A stretch of 64,000 bases of DNA from Actinomycetes bacterium. GTDB lineage: Bacteria > Actinomycetota > CALGFH01. Positions 1 through 15,038 of this stretch are shown here, one piece after another. Positions within the stretch are counted from its first letter, which is position 1. Each line of letters starts with the position of its first letter. The notes beneath the pieces are model-generated. The model saw nothing but the letters and a program-made list of their open reading frames with translations. It was not told the origin of the DNA and did not search any database. A program made the position numbers and the translations under genes. The DNA lies in the NCBI GenBank assembly GCA_035275125.1, contig DATENJ010000477.1, positions 106 through 64,105 of the forward strand. The letters run 5' to 3'.

Positions 1-1247
1 GCCGCGCCCCCCGGTCCCGAACCGACGCGTGCGGCCGACCTCCTGCTGGAGGCGTTCGCACTACGGTTGACGCAGGGGTATGCGGCGGCCGCGCCGCTGC
101 TGACTCGAGCGCTCGAGCTGAGCCTCACGCCGGCCGGCGGCAACGACGAAGCCGGCATCTGGCGCAGGCTCGCCGATGGCAGGGCTGGCGCCATCGTCGC
201 CCTCGAGGTCTGGGACGCCGAATCCTGGCATGCCCTGGCCGCTGTCCAGGCACAGTTCACCCGCGACACGGGCGCGCTTGTGCATCTGCAGTACGCGCTC
301 AACCTCCTCGCCATGGCCCACCTGTTCGCCGGCGAGCTGACTACGGCAGCGCGACTGGTCGACGAAGATCGCCTGATCACGGAGGTGACCGGGAACCCGC
401 CGGTCGGGTATGCCGCGATGGCGCTCCCGGCCTGGCAGGGTCAGGAGGCGCCGGCCTCTGCGCTGATCGAGTCCACCTCGCAGGCGGCGACCGCGCGCGG
501 CCTGGGCAGGATGGTCAGCTTCGCTGACTACGCGAGCTCGGTGCTCTACAACGGCCTCGGTCGCTACGACGCGGCACGCGACCCCGCCTGGCGAGCCTTC
601 CAGCGTGACGAGCTCGGCTGCGGGCCCTATGTCGTTCCCGAGCTGGCCGAGGCGGCGGCCCGGACCGGCGACGAGAAGCTGGTCAGGGCCGCCCTCCAGT
701 GGCTGACCGAACGCACGCGGCTGGCACCCACCGAATGGTCGCTGGGGATCGAAGCCCGCGTCCGCGCCCGCTCAGCCAGGGCGAGGCCGCCGAGCGGCAC
801 TACCGCGAGTCGATCGATCGGCTGGGGCGCACCCGCGTTCTCGTGCAGCTGGCCCGAGCGCATTTGCTCTACGGCGAGTGGCTGCGCCGCCAGCGACGCC
901 GCCTCGACGCGCGCCCGCAGCTGCGTACAGCCTGCGCCATGCTGGAGGCGATGGGCATCGACGGGTTCGCCGAGCGAGCCAGGCGTGAGCTGCGGGTCAC
1001 CGGCGCGACCTCCCGCAAGCGGACGGTCGCGTCCCGCGAGGAGCTGACCGCCCAGGAGACCGTGATCGCGGAACTGGCCCGCGAGGGGCTGTCCAACCAC
1101 GAGATCGGCGGCCGGTTGTCCATCAGCTCACGCACGGTCCAGTACCACCTGGGCAAGGTCTTCGCCAAGCTCGCCATCAGCTCCCGCAGCCAACTCGACC
1201 GCGCCCTGGCCAGAGACCCGGACAGCGCCGGGTCGCTCCAGCTGTAG
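1..1247 (+). CDS. LuxR-family transcriptional regulator (large ATP-binding LAL type), C-terminal part; apparent 1-nt frameshift near 778
   Basis: The open frame runs in from upstream of the window. The C-terminus carries a LuxR-type HTH (GLSNHEIGGRLSISSRTVQYHLGKVFAKLAISSRSQL). The two ORFs 67-1047 and 699-1247 join if one T is restored in cgcgccc-gctcag (RVRALLSQGEAAERHY). Confidence 0.6.
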
Positions 1248-1252
1248 CGCCG

Positions 1253-1299
1253 CGGGCCACGACTGGCCAGTCGTGCTGGCCACTGGCGGATGCGAACGC
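1253..1299 (-). repeat. Copy A of a ~47-bp intergenic repeat containing the 18-bp perfect palindrome CACGACTGGCCAGTCGTG
   Basis: The reverse complement is 44/47 identical to copy C at 45975-46021; it lies just after the LuxR stop. Confidence 0.7.
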
Positions 1300-1366
1300 C
1301 ACCGTCGCGAACCAGACTCAGAGCCCTGCATCGAGCCGTCCGCCGCTCGTTCCCGCGGAGAGGCAA

Positions 1367-2290
1367 ATGGTCCAAGCCACGAACCACCACTCTTCATTTG
1401 GCCCCCTGAGCCAGGTCGACGCTGGCCTGCTGAATGTTGGCCACGCCGACATCGGCCCGGCCGAAGCTCCGGTGGCCGTGCTGCTGCACGGCTGGCCGTA
1501 CGACATTCACAGCTACGCCGAGGTCGCCCCGCTGTTGGCGGCGGCCGGCTACCGGGTGGTCGTCCCCTATCTGCGTGGCTTTGGCACGACCCGCCTGCTC
1601 TCCGACGCGAGCTTGCGCAACGGGGAGCAGGCCGTGCTCGCCCTTGACGTCATCGCGTTGCTGGATGCCCTCGAGATCGAGCGCGCGATCCTTGCCGGCT
1701 TCGATTGGGGAGCGCGGACGGCCAACGTCGTCGCGGCGCTCTGGCCGGAACGCTGCACGGCGCTCGTCTCGGTGAGCGGGTATCTCATTGGGAGCCAGGC
1801 AGCCGGCAAGGTTCCGTTGCCGCCAGCCGCTGAGCTGCAATGGTGGTACCAGTACTACTTCGCGACCGAACGCGGCCGGGTCGGGTACGACCACAACCGG
1901 CGCGACTTCGCCAAGCTGATCTGGCGAATCGCCTCGCCCGAGTGGACCTTTGACGACGCCACCTTCGATCGCAGCGCCGCCGCCTTCGACAACCCCGATC
2001 ACGTCGAGATCGTGATCAACAACTACCGCTGGCGGCTGGGCCTGGCCAAGGGCGAGCCCCAGTACAACGAGCTCGAGAACCGGCTCGCCGAAGGTCCGGT
2101 GATCGGCGTGCCGACCATCACCCTCGAAGGCGACGCCAACGGCGCCCCGCATCCGGACCCGAGCTCCTACGCCGAGAAGTTCTCAGGTTCCTATTCGCAC
2201 CGGACCATCGAGGGCGGCATCGGGCACAACCTTCCCCAGGAGGCTCCGGAAGCGTTCGCCAACGCCGTCATTGACGTCGACGCCCACTAA
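1367..2290 (+). CDS. alpha/beta-fold hydrolase (epoxide hydrolase / haloalkane dehalogenase-like)
   Basis: HGWP motif, GFG, and alpha/beta-hydrolase core motifs; RBS GGAGAGG 4 nt before the ATG. Confidence 0.8.
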   Translation: MVQATNHHSSFGPLSQVDAGLLNVGHADIGPAEAPVAVLLHGWPYDIHSYAEVAPLLAAAGYRVVVPYLRGFGTTRLLSDASLRNGEQAVLALDVIALLDALEIERAILAGFDWGARTANVVAALWPERCTALVSVSGYLIGSQAAGKVPLPPAAELQWWYQYYFATERGRVGYDHNRRDFAKLIWRIASPEWTFDDATFDRSAAAFDNPDHVEIVINNYRWRLGLAKGEPQYNELENRLAEGPVIGVPTITLEGDANGAPHPDPSSYAEKFSGSYSHRTIEGGIGHNLPQEAPEAFANAVIDVDAH

Positions 2291-2309
2291 CCAGGGAGCT
2301 TGTCCAACC

Positions 2310-3305
2310 ATGGAACCGACCCGGCCCGCGGTCGACCTGTCCGTCCAGGGTCAGCTACCGTCGCTCTCCGGCGCCACCGGCTGGCTGAACTCGCCGCCAC
2401 TCACGGCGACGGACCTTCGCGGCAAGGTCGTCCTGGTCAACTTCTGGACCTACACCTGCATCAACTGGCTCCGCCAGCTTCCCTACGTCCGCGCCTGGGC
2501 CGAGAGATACCAGGACGACATGCTGGTCGTGCTGGGCGTCCACACGCCCGAGTTCGACGTCGAACGCGACCTCGACAACGTCCGCCGAGCCGTCACGGAC
2601 CTGCGGGTCGACTATCCGGTCGTGATCGACAACGACTACGCGATCTGGGATGCATTCGGCAACCGCTACTGGCCGGCCCTCTACTTCGCCGACGCCCAAG
2701 GGCAGATCCGGCACCATCGCTTCGGCGAGGGTGACTACGAGCAGTCAGAAGCGGTCATTCAGCGACTGCTGACCGCGGCCGGGGGCGGCCCCTTCGGCCA
2801 CGATCTGGTCTCGGTCGATCCCGGTGGGGTGGAAGCCGCCGCCGACTGGGACAGCTTGTGGTCCCCGGAGAACTACCTCGGCTATGGGCGTACCGAGAAC
2901 TTCGCCTCACCCAACGGTGCGGTCCTGGACACCCCCCACCTCTACGCCGCCCCCACACCATTGGCCCTCAACCACTGGGCCCTTTCGGGCGACTGGACGG
3001 TCCACGCCCAGGCCATCGTGCTCAACGAGACGGAGGGACGGCTCCTCTACCGCTTCCACGCCCGCGACCTGCACCTGGTCATGGGACCAGCCGTCTCAGG
3101 CACCGCTGTGCGGTTCCGCGTGCAGCTCGACGGCCAGCCCCTGGGTGCCGGGCACGGAATCGACGTCGACGACCAGGGCAACGGCACAGCCACCGAACCA
3201 CGCCTCTACCAGCTCATACGCCAGTCCGGACCGGTGACCGACCGCACCTTCGAGGCCACCTTCCTCGACCCTGGCGTGCGGGCCTACGCCTTCACCTTCG
3301 GCTAG
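2310..3305 (+). CDS. thioredoxin-fold redoxin (AhpC/TSA-like) domain protein with C-terminal extension
   Basis: LRGKVVLVNFWTYTCINWLRQLPYV redoxin-like motif; the ATG at 2310 follows AGGGAG. The upstream TTG at 2271 was rejected. Confidence 0.65.
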   Translation: MEPTRPAVDLSVQGQLPSLSGATGWLNSPPLTATDLRGKVVLVNFWTYTCINWLRQLPYVRAWAERYQDDMLVVLGVHTPEFDVERDLDNVRRAVTDLRVDYPVVIDNDYAIWDAFGNRYWPALYFADAQGQIRHHRFGEGDYEQSEAVIQRLLTAAGGGPFGHDLVSVDPGGVEAAADWDSLWSPENYLGYGRTENFASPNGAVLDTPHLYAAPTPLALNHWALSGDWTVHAQAIVLNETEGRLLYRFHARDLHLVMGPAVSGTAVRFRVQLDGQPLGAGHGIDVDDQGNGTATEPRLYQLIRQSGPVTDRTFEATFLDPGVRAYAFTFG

Positions 3306-3339
3306 GTTGTCGACAAGCGTGTGACTGAAGGGTGCAGGC

Positions 3340-4281
3340 ATGGAGTTGTTCCCGGCGATACCGCTGGCCGAATGGCAGGACACCAAGCAGACGCTGCACC
3401 GGTTCTGCCAGGTCGTCGGCAAGATCCGGCTGGCCGCCAGCATGCGGCGCAACCATTGGTGGAACGTCCCGTTCCACCTCACCGGCCAGGGCGTCACCAC
3501 CCGGCCCATGGGCCAGGTCGACGGCAACCCGATCTTCACCATCGACTTCGACTTCGTCGATCACCAGCTGCGCATCCACACCCTGGACGGCCGGGCGGTC
3601 ACGGTCCCACTCCAGGGCCAGTCGGTCGCCTCCTTCCATGACCAGACCCTCCAGGCCCTGGCCGAGCTCGGGATCAGGGTGGCCATCGCTCACCCGCATC
3701 CATTCGACCTGCCCGACGCCGACCGGCCCTTCGCCGACGACACCGAGCACGCCAGCTACGACCCCCTCTGGGCCAGCCGCTACTGGCAGGTCCTCAGCCA
3801 GGTCAACCTGGTCCTGGAGGAGTTCGCGGCCCGGTTCTCGGGCAAGGTCAGCCCGGTGCACCACTTCTGGCACACCTTCGACATCGCCCACACCCGCTTC
3901 TCCGACCGCAACATCGACCAGCCTGCAACGGCCGATCCCGTCTCCCGGGAGGCGTATTCGCGGGAGGTGATCAGCTTCGGCTTCTGGTTTGGCGACGACC
4001 GCTTCGCCGAGCCGGCGTTCTACAGCTACACCGCCCCGGAGCCGTCCGGCCTGGCCGACCAGCCGCTGGAACCCGAGGCGGCCTGGTGGGACCCGTACAA
4101 CGCCAGCCACCTGGCCGTCCTGCGCTACGACGACGCCCGCGCCGGCGACGACCCCCGCGCCACTGTGCTTGACTTCTTCGAGAGCGCCTACCAGGCCGGC
4201 GCCCGGCTCGCCGACTGGGACATCGGGCGCCTGGCCAGCCCCGGCGGGATCACCGACCCCGCAACACTCGCTGCGCCGTGA
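3340..4281 (+). CDS. conserved hypothetical protein (possibly DUF5996/Ava_C0101-like; family name uncertain)
   Basis: Clean 313-aa ORF with codon bias and RBS GAAGGG; no catalytic motif recognised. Confidence 0.6.
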   Translation: MELFPAIPLAEWQDTKQTLHRFCQVVGKIRLAASMRRNHWWNVPFHLTGQGVTTRPMGQVDGNPIFTIDFDFVDHQLRIHTLDGRAVTVPLQGQSVASFHDQTLQALAELGIRVAIAHPHPFDLPDADRPFADDTEHASYDPLWASRYWQVLSQVNLVLEEFAARFSGKVSPVHHFWHTFDIAHTRFSDRNIDQPATADPVSREAYSREVISFGFWFGDDRFAEPAFYSYTAPEPSGLADQPLEPEAAWWDPYNASHLAVLRYDDARAGDDPRATVLDFFESAYQAGARLADWDIGRLASPGGITDPATLAAP

Positions 4282-4295
4282 GGAGGAGGTAGGTC

Positions 4296-6332
<2,037 letters not shown>

Positions 6333-6355
6333 CAGCCGCCGGCAAGGAGCATGGC

Positions 6356-6840
6356 GTGGTGTGGACGAAGGACACGACACCGGCGACATACGAAACCGAC
6401 CCGGGTGCCGGTATGGCCATCAGACTGCTCGGCCACCTGCGCCACAGCCGCTATCTGTTCTACTTCGCGGTGGTGTCGACCCTGCTCGCGGTGGCCCTGG
6501 TGATGCTGTACGGGACCGTGCAGATCGTCGTCTTCGTGGTCGACCTCCTCCGCCACGGCAGCATCGACAACCGGTGGGGCGCTGAGCTGCGTCTCACGGT
6601 CATCGAGGTGGTGGACCTGTTCCTGATCGGCACGGTGCTGGTCTGGTCGTCACGGTCCTCTCGGTGGTGTTCCGTGGCCAGATCGTGACCTGGGACGGAC
6701 AGCGCGATCTCCTTGGGTTCGGGGTCGCGATCGGCGCCGTCATCGCCGGCCTGACCTTCTTCCTCCGGCACGAGCCGCGCAGGCCCCCATGGCAGGACCA
6801 GGAGCAGGAGCAACCGCCGACCCGGCCAACGCCGCCGTGA
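6356..6840 (+). CDS. small integral membrane protein (YqhA/UPF0114-like?) with apparent 1-nt frameshift near 6645
   Basis: The hydrophobic ORF 6356-6688 continues in the +2 frame as LVVTVLSVVFRGQIVTWDGQRDLLGFGVAIGAVIAGLTFFLRHEP through 6840; a single missing C in gtc(c)tggtc would fuse them. Confidence 0.5.
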
Positions 6841-6926
6841 CGGGGACCAGCATTTTCGGCTGACGTTCACCTGCCCGCCCCGCCACGGGCAGGTCGTCGC
6901 CCTCAAGGCCGACGATCATCCGGCTC

Positions 6927-8501
6927 GTGATCACTCTGGAGCGGCGCATCGTTCGGGGGCCCGCCCGGGAAGGCGGATACCGCCGGTTGGGTGTGGTCGG
7001 CGGGGAACCGCGGCAGCTACGCACCGAGCTGGTCGGGTCTGGCCGCCGGCCAGGAGAGCGGCGGCCGCTGCTGGCCTTCGCGCACCTGTCCGATCTGCAC
7101 GTGATGGACCACCAGTCGCCCGGTCGGGTCGAGCTCCTGGACCGCTACGCCGATCCTGACTCGCCGATCCGCGACCGAGTCGGCATGGTCGGTTCCTACC
7201 GGCCCCAGGAGCTGTTCACCTACCACGTGGTCGAGGCGATGGTGCAGGCCATCAACGCCGTCGGCGCCTCGCCGGCCGCCGCCAGGCCGCTGGATTTCGC
7301 GGTGGTGACCGGGGATGCGACCGACAACTGCCAGTACAACGAGCTGCGCGCCTACATCGACCTGCTCGACGGTGGGTCGATGGTGGTCCCGGACTCCGGC
7401 GACGTCAGCTGCTACCAAGGGGTCGCGGATTCGGTGGCGCACGACCACCGCTACTGGCATCCGCACGGCGGCCGGCCCGACCTGCCGCGAACTCGCTGGG
7501 GGCTGCCCTGTGTCCCCGACGGTCTGGACATGGCTCGCGTCCCCTTCACGGCCACCGGGCTGCGGCTGCCCTGGTATGCGGTCTACGGGAACCACGATAA
7601 CCAGGTGAAAGGTACCGTTCCCGCCAACCAGGCGCTGGTGGACACACTGGTCGGCGAACGCAAGCCCATCACCCCCCCTGACCGGTTGGATGCCCTGGAG
7701 GTGCTGCGCCAACTCGATCTCGGCGACCACTCCGCGATGGCTGCCGTGGCGGTCGGCGCCCGCACCCGGACCGTGGCGCCGGATCCTCGTCGGCGGCCGG
7801 TGGCCAGGGCCGAGCATGTCCTGGAGCATTTCCGGACTCCTGGTTCGCCGGTCGGTCACGGATTCACCCGACCCGACGACGGCGACGACCGGGCCTGGTA
7901 CGCGTTCGATCACGACGCCATCCGCTGTGTCGTGCTCGACACGGTGAACGAACACGGCGGCTGGCAGGGCTCCATCGGCGCCGACCAGCTCGCCTGGCTG
8001 ACCGGCGAGTTGGTGGACGCCGCCGACCGGGTCGTCGTCCTGTTCAGCCACCACCCGCTGGAATCGCTGGTCAATGCCCGCCGCCCGCCAGGGACACCAA
8101 GGCGAGTCCTCGGCCCGGAGCTGCGCGAGCTGCTCCTGGCCCACCGGTGCGTCGCGCTGTGGGTGAACGGCCATTCCCACCGCCATCGGATCAGCCCGGT
8201 CGCCGGCGGCAACGGCACCGGCGGGTTCTGGCAGGTCACCACGGCCTCGCATATCGACTGGCCGCAGCAGAGCCGGATCATCGAACTGGTCGAGGACGGC
8301 TCCGGGCAGCTCAGCATCGACACCACCGTGCTGGACAGCGCCGCTCCCGCCGGTCACGACGGCGGCGACAGTCCGCTGTCGTTGGCGGCCCTGTCCCGGG
8401 AGATCGCCGCCAACCACTGGCAGGCTCGCGATCCCGCCGGCCGGATCAGGGTCGGACCAGGCAGCCCGCTCGACCGCAACACCACGCTGCTGGTCCCCTG
8501 A
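6927..8501 (+). CDS. metallophosphoesterase, TIGR03767-like (calcineurin-like phosphoesterase)
   Basis: AHLSDLH, GDATDN, and GNHD/GHSH phosphoesterase motifs in a ~520-aa actinobacterial-type architecture. Confidence 0.75.
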   Translation: MITLERRIVRGPAREGGYRRLGVVGGEPRQLRTELVGSGRRPGERRPLLAFAHLSDLHVMDHQSPGRVELLDRYADPDSPIRDRVGMVGSYRPQELFTYHVVEAMVQAINAVGASPAAARPLDFAVVTGDATDNCQYNELRAYIDLLDGGSMVVPDSGDVSCYQGVADSVAHDHRYWHPHGGRPDLPRTRWGLPCVPDGLDMARVPFTATGLRLPWYAVYGNHDNQVKGTVPANQALVDTLVGERKPITPPDRLDALEVLRQLDLGDHSAMAAVAVGARTRTVAPDPRRRPVARAEHVLEHFRTPGSPVGHGFTRPDDGDDRAWYAFDHDAIRCVVLDTVNEHGGWQGSIGADQLAWLTGELVDAADRVVVLFSHHPLESLVNARRPPGTPRRVLGPELRELLLAHRCVALWVNGHSHRHRISPVAGGNGTGGFWQVTTASHIDWPQQSRIIELVEDGSGQLSIDTTVLDSAAPAGHDGGDSPLSLAALSREIAANHWQARDPAGRIRVGPGSPLDRNTTLLVP

Positions 8502-8562
8502 CCCCACGGGATCATCCCTCGTCGGACGTGCTCGATGCGTCCTGAGCGGATCGTCGTGTCGG

Positions 8563-10627
<2,065 letters not shown>

Positions 10628-10698
10628 GCAGACCTCCTTGGTGGTGTGTCGTTCAGCGGGTCTCGGTTGGCAGGGCGGTCGTTGATCATCCCGGTTGC

Positions 10699-11511
10699 CT
10701 AGCCCCGAGCCCCGACCCGGGCTGCGGCCCGGATCAGCCTCGCCACCACGTCAGGGTGGGAAGCCGGCGAGGCGTGACTGGAACGGACCTCCACCGTGGT
10801 CGCGCCGATCCGGTCGGCCATGAACCGCTCCAGGTCCGGGTTGATCATCCGGTCCTGGGTGGAGACCAGGAACCACGACGGCAGCGTCCTCCACGCCGGC
10901 GGCCCCGCCAGGTCGGTGAAGCTCCTCGCCGCGATCGGCTTCTGCACCGAGGCCAGGACCCGCGCCTCGGCCAGCGGGATGTCCGGGGCGAAGTTGTCTG
11001 GGATCGCCGCCGGATCGAACCACAGGAACCCCAGCGAGTCGGGCTGGGTGTGGGCCAGGCCAGGCGGCGGCGGGAACCTGCTCCCCAGCTCACCGAGGCT
11101 CTCCCCCTCGTCGGGCGCGAACGCCGACGCGAACACCAGGCCGACCACGTTGTCGGCGCCGGTGGCGGCGCCGGAGATCACCGCACCGCCGTAGGAGTGG
11201 CCGGCCAGGACGGTCGGGCCCGCCAGCCGCTCGGCCAGGACGTGGCGGGTCCAGGCGACATCTTCGGCCAGTGAGGTCAGCGGCAACTGCACCGCGACCA
11301 CGTCGTAGCCGCGCTGCTGGAGGATGGTGATGACCCGGCTCCAGCTTGACCCGTCAACCCACGCCCCGTGCACCAACAGCACATTCGCCTTGGGACGCCC
11401 ACCGCTGGTCCTGGCCGCGGCCGCGGGGGCCAGGCCGGCGGCCTGGACCGCGGCCAGGCCGGCGACGGCGGCGGTGCCCTTCAACACGGTCCGTCGGGTC
11501 GGCGTACTCAT
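10699..11511 (-). CDS. Tat-secreted alpha/beta hydrolase
   Basis: Twin-arginine signal [18 protein letters not shown]...AAA, GHSYGG nucleophile elbow; the internal ATG has RBS AAGGAGGG. Confidence 0.75.
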   Translation of the reverse strand: MSTPTRRTVLKGTAAVAGLAAVQAAGLAPAAAARTSGGRPKANVLLVHGAWVDGSSWSRVITILQQRGYDVVAVQLPLTSLAEDVAWTRHVLAERLAGPTVLAGHSYGGAVISGAATGADNVVGLVFASAFAPDEGESLGELGSRFPPPPGLAHTQPDSLGFLWFDPAAIPDNFAPDIPLAEARVLASVQKPIAARSFTDLAGPPAWRTLPSWFLVSTQDRMINPDLERFMADRIGATTVEVRSSHASPASHPDVVARLIRAAARVGARG

Positions 11512-11531
11512 GTGTTCCCTCCTTGCGGTGT

Positions 11532-12476
11532 TCATGCGGGAGCTCCGACCCGGTATGGGGCCAGGAACGCGGTCAGCGCGGCCAGCAGCTCCTCGGGAGC
11601 CTGCTCGGCGACCCAGTGGGCGGCGCCGGCGAGGACCACGCCCTGGACGTGGTCGGCGGCGAGCCGCATCGTCGCCGCGACTCCGTCACCAACGCTCTCC
11701 GCGCCACCGATGGCCAGCACGGGCAGGCTCAGCCGCTGGGCCTTGCGCTGCTCGTTCTGTGCCATCGTGGTGCTGAGCGCCCGGTAGAACCCGAAGCTGC
11801 CGCGCAGGGCGTCGGGGTCGGCGGCGAGCAGGTCGATGTAGTAGCTGACGGTGTCCTCGGGCAGCTTGCTGGTCCCGGCCGAGGCGTCGATCTCGGACCC
11901 GAAGAAGATCTCCTCCCGTCCCTTGACCAGCCGTTCGTTCACCTCGGCGGGGAGCTGGTTGAACATCAGGTGCCAGAGCCGGGCGTTGAGCAGCGGGGGC
12001 AGGAACAGCGGCGGCGAGGGCGAGATGCCCGGGAGCGGGGCCTCGGAGACGACCAGGCGCTCCACCCGGTCCCGGTGGTCGGCGGCCAGGGCGTAGGCGA
12101 TCGGCATCCCGGTGTCGGTCCCGTACAGGGCGAAGCGCCGGTGGCCCAGCACCTCCATCAGCGCGACCAGGTCCCCGGCCAGGGTGCCGGTGTCGTAGCC
12201 GTCCGCGGGTTTGTCGGACAGCCCGATGCCGCGCTGGTCGACCGCGACGACCTGGAAGTCCCGGGCCAGGGTGGGCATGAGCATGCGCCAGGCGTACCAG
12301 GTCTGGGGCCAGCCGTGGACCAGCAGCAGCGGCGGGCCGTTGCCGCCGGTGACCGCGTGCAGGCGCAGCTGGCCGGTGTCGACATAGCGGCTGGTGAAGG
12401 TGTCGGTGAACCCTGCCGGGAGGTGCGGCGCCCCGGAGACGGAGCCGGCGCCCTCCGGCGTGGGAGATGAGCTCAT
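11532..12476 (-). CDS. alpha/beta-fold hydrolase (haloalkane dehalogenase/epoxide hydrolase-like)
   Basis: LLLVHGWPQTWYAWR, DQRGIGLSD, GTDTGMPIAY; RBS AAAGGAG; start at MSSSPTPEG. Confidence 0.8.
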   Translation of the reverse strand: MSSSPTPEGAGSVSGAPHLPAGFTDTFTSRYVDTGQLRLHAVTGGNGPPLLLVHGWPQTWYAWRMLMPTLARDFQVVAVDQRGIGLSDKPADGYDTGTLAGDLVALMEVLGHRRFALYGTDTGMPIAYALAADHRDRVERLVVSEAPLPGISPSPPLFLPPLLNARLWHLMFNQLPAEVNERLVKGREEIFFGSEIDASAGTSKLPEDTVSYYIDLLAADPDALRGSFGFYRALSTTMAQNEQRKAQRLSLPVLAIGGAESVGDGVAATMRLAADHVQGVVLAGAAHWVAEQAPEELLAALTAFLAPYRVGAPA

Positions 12477-12617
12477 GAAAGCTCCTTTCGCATGGTCTAC
12501 CGGGTTGGGGTAGACCCGTTCTGCCCAGCTGCGCGGCGCCGGGTCGTACAGGCAGGGCCGGACCGCTGCGCCGTCCGCGCGGTGCACACCGTCCGCCAAG
12601 TCTCGTTCGCGCCGGCT

Positions 12618-12667
12618 GGCGATCGCATCTGCCAGTGGCCAGCGCGACTGGCCAGTCGCGTGCGTGG
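12618..12667 (+). repeat. Copy B of the ~47-bp intergenic repeat (contains the 18-bp perfect palindrome CGCGACTGGCCAGTCGCG)
   Basis: GGCGATCGCATCTGCCAGTGGCCAGCGCGACTGGCCAGTCGCG in the divergent intergenic region between the hydrolase and the PPOX gene. Confidence 0.65.
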
Positions 12668-12706
12668 TGGAATGACCGTGAGCAGGACGGCTAACAGGAG
12701 GACGCC

Positions 12707-13099
12707 GTGAGCGCGTTCAGCGACGCCGAAATCGAGTACCTCGGGAGCCAGCGGCTCGGGCGGCTGGCCACGGTCGGCAACGACGGCATGCCCCACGTCG
12801 TCCCCGTCGCCTTCCGGTACAACCGCGACGCCGACAGCATCGACATCGGCGGGCACGACTTCGCCCAGCGAAAGAAGTTCCGCGACGTCCAGCGGACCGG
12901 CGTCGCGGCGTTGGTGGTCGATGATGTGCTGCCGCCCTGGCAGCCCCGGGCCGTGGAGGTGCGCGGCCCGGCGACCACGGTCGACACCGGCGGCAAGGCC
13001 ATCATGGAGGGGTTCGACGACCCGATCATCAGAATCACGCCTCGCCGGATCGTCTCGTGGGGCCTCGAGGACGGCTTCCAGGCCCGATCAGTGGGCTGA
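12707..13099 (+). CDS. PPOX-class (pyridoxamine 5'-phosphate oxidase family) probable F420-dependent enzyme
   Basis: Split-barrel FMN/F420-binding family signature LGRLATVGNDGMPHVVPV; 130 aa. Confidence 0.7.
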   Translation: MSAFSDAEIEYLGSQRLGRLATVGNDGMPHVVPVAFRYNRDADSIDIGGHDFAQRKKFRDVQRTGVAALVVDDVLPPWQPRAVEVRGPATTVDTGGKAIMEGFDDPIIRITPRRIVSWGLEDGFQARSVG

Positions 13100-13120
13100 A
13101 GGCTGAACGACCCTTCCGGC

Positions 13121-13396
13121 TCAGGACAGGCGGCGTTCGAGCTCCCTCGGGTACTCGGGGAAGTAGCGGGAGATGTCGCTGAGGGAGAACTGCCGCAGGA
13201 TCGAGGTGGCCGGCTCCCGCTCGAGAAGGAAGCGGAAGGACTCCCGCACCACTCGCTCAAGATCATCCTCGCCGAGCTCGAGCCGCTCGCCGAGCCGCTC
13301 GGGCACCGTCACCTCGTGCGTGGTCTCGGCCCGGCCCTCGCGGACCTCGACCCGGAAGATCCGGGGCGCCAAGAGGGTGATGCTGATGTCTGCCAT
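13121..13396 (-). CDS. small hypothetical protein
   Basis: 91-aa ORF with codon-position GC bias, convergent with the PPOX gene; no recognisable family. Confidence 0.4.
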   Translation of the reverse strand: MADISITLLAPRIFRVEVREGRAETTHEVTVPERLGERLELGEDDLERVVRESFRFLLEREPATSILRQFSLSDISRYFPEYPRELERRLS

Positions 13397-13520
13397 GTCG
13401 GGATCACTTCAGCGCTATCGTCCAGCACCAGGAGGGGCTGACGCTTTTCTTGGCGGGAGCTGTCGATTTCGCGGCTCCCCGTTTGTCTCATGGGTGACCG
13501 TCCACAACAAGGAGGAAGCC

Positions 13521-13862
13521 ATGCAGTACGTGCTGCTGATCTACCACGGCACCAGCCTCACGACCCAGCGGCCGGAAGAGGAGCAGAAGCGCATCTACGC
13601 CGAGTGGGCGGAGGTCAACAAGACGCCCGGCCTCACCGGCGGCCTGCCGATGGGGCTTCCCGAGAACGCCACCACCGTGCGGGTCCAGGACGGCAAGACG
13701 CTGACCACCGATGGCCCGTTCGTCGAGATCAAGGAGGCGGTCGGCGGCTACGCCGTCCTGGAGGCCGACGACCTCGACGCGGCGATCGAGCTGGCCTCGC
13801 GGATCCCAACGGCCCGCCTTGGCGGCGCCGTCGAGATCCGCCCCAGCGAGAAGTATTGGTAG
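13521..13862 (+). CDS. YciI-like (YCII-related) domain protein
   Basis: MQYVLLIYHG...DGPFVEIKEAVGGYAVLEADDLDAAIELA; RBS AAGGAGGAAG; typical partner of SigJ-like ECF sigma factors. Confidence 0.8.
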   Translation: MQYVLLIYHGTSLTTQRPEEEQKRIYAEWAEVNKTPGLTGGLPMGLPENATTVRVQDGKTLTTDGPFVEIKEAVGGYAVLEADDLDAAIELASRIPTARLGGAVEIRPSEKYW

Positions 13863-15034
13863 CCACCCTCGAGCAGGTCTTCCGCGACCACTGGGGTCGT
13901 GTGCTGGCTGCGCTGATCGGCTTCCTCGGCGACTTCGACCTCGCCGAGGAAGCCGCGCAGGAGGCCTTCGCGATCGCCGCGGAGCGCTGGCCCCAGGACG
14001 GGGTCCCCGCGAACCCGAGCGCCTGGCTGGTGACAACGGCGCGCAACCGTGCCATCAACCGCATCCGTCGTGACCGCACCCTGGCGGCGAAGACTCGCCT
14101 GCTGCAGGTGCCGGAGGCGGCAGAGGACACCATGGACGCGACGTTCCCCGACGAGCGGCTCGAGCTCATCTTCACCTGCTGTCATCCGGCGCTGGCCACC
14201 GAGGCGCAGGTCGCGCTCACGCTGCGGACGCTCGGCGGCCTGACCACCGGCGAGATCGCCCGGGCGTTCCTGGTCCCCGAGCCGACCATGGCCCAGCGGC
14301 TGGTGCGGGCCAAGCGCAAGATCAAGGCCGCCGGGATCCCGTTCCGGGTGCCGCCCGAGCACCTGCTGCCCGATCGGCTCGACGCCGTGCTGGCGGTCGT
14401 CTACCTGATCTTCAACCAGGGCTACGGCGGCCGGGGCGACCTGGCGGCCGAGGCGATCTGGCTGGGGCGGGCGCTGGCCGAGCTGCTGCCCGACGAGCCG
14501 GAGGTGCACGGCCTGCTGGCGTTGATGCTGCTGCTGGACGCCCGCCGGGCGGCGCGGTTCCGCGACGGCGAGGTGGTGCTGCTGGCCGACCAGGACCACT
14601 CGCTGCTGGACACCGCGGAGATCGCCCAGGGTCGGGCGGCGCTCGATCGGGGCCTGGCGCTGGGTGGCCGCGGCCCCTACGTGGTGCAGGCGGCGATCGC
14701 GTCCCTGCACGCCGACCAGCCGCGCGACTGGCCCCAGATCGCCGCGCTGTACGGTGAGCTCTCGCGCCTGACCGGTTCGCCCGTCGTCGAGCTGAGCCGA
14801 GCGGTCGCGGTCGCCGAGACCCAGGGCCCACAGGCGGGCCTGGAGATCGTCGACCGCCTCCCCTTGGAGGACTACCACTACCTGCACGCCACCCGCGGCG
14901 AGCTGCTGCGCCGCCTCGGCCGCACCCTCGAGGCCCGCGAGGCCTACCGCCGAGCCCTGACCCTGGTCCACGACGACACCGAGCGACGCCTGCTCCAGCG
15001 TCAGCTGGCAGAGCTCGACACCTTGCGGCGTTAG
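13856..15034 (+). CDS. ECF-type RNA polymerase sigma-70 factor with C-terminal extension (SigJ-like)
   Basis: Sigma region 2 (FRDHWGRVLAALIGFLGDFDLAEEAAQEAF) and region 4 (LGGLTTGEIARAFLVPEPTMAQRLVRAKRKI), followed by a ~200-aa extension. The TTG start overlaps the yciI stop (TTGGTAG). Confidence 0.8.
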   Translation: MVATLEQVFRDHWGRVLAALIGFLGDFDLAEEAAQEAFAIAAERWPQDGVPANPSAWLVTTARNRAINRIRRDRTLAAKTRLLQVPEAAEDTMDATFPDERLELIFTCCHPALATEAQVALTLRTLGGLTTGEIARAFLVPEPTMAQRLVRAKRKIKAAGIPFRVPPEHLLPDRLDAVLAVVYLIFNQGYGGRGDLAAEAIWLGRALAELLPDEPEVHGLLALMLLLDARRAARFRDGEVVLLADQDHSLLDTAEIAQGRAALDRGLALGGRGPYVVQAAIASLHADQPRDWPQIAALYGELSRLTGSPVVELSRAVAVAETQGPQAGLEIVDRLPLEDYHYLHATRGELLRRLGRTLEAREAYRRALTLVHDDTERRLLQRQLAELDTLRR

Positions 15035-15038
15035 AGAC

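Noticed and set aside
2271-2309. Upstream TTG start extending the redoxin gene (MTSTPTNQG...)
   Set aside because: It would overlap the 3' end of the preceding hydrolase and lacks an RBS; the ATG at 2310 has AGGGAG upstream.
7017-8507. 496-aa minus-strand ORF
   Set aside because: Antisense to the TIGR03767-like metallophosphoesterase, which carries the catalytic motifs.
11512-11535. First ATG (MNTARREH) of the Tat hydrolase
   Set aside because: The second ATG has a near-consensus RBS (AAGGAGGG) and places the twin-arginine motif at the usual distance from the N-terminus.
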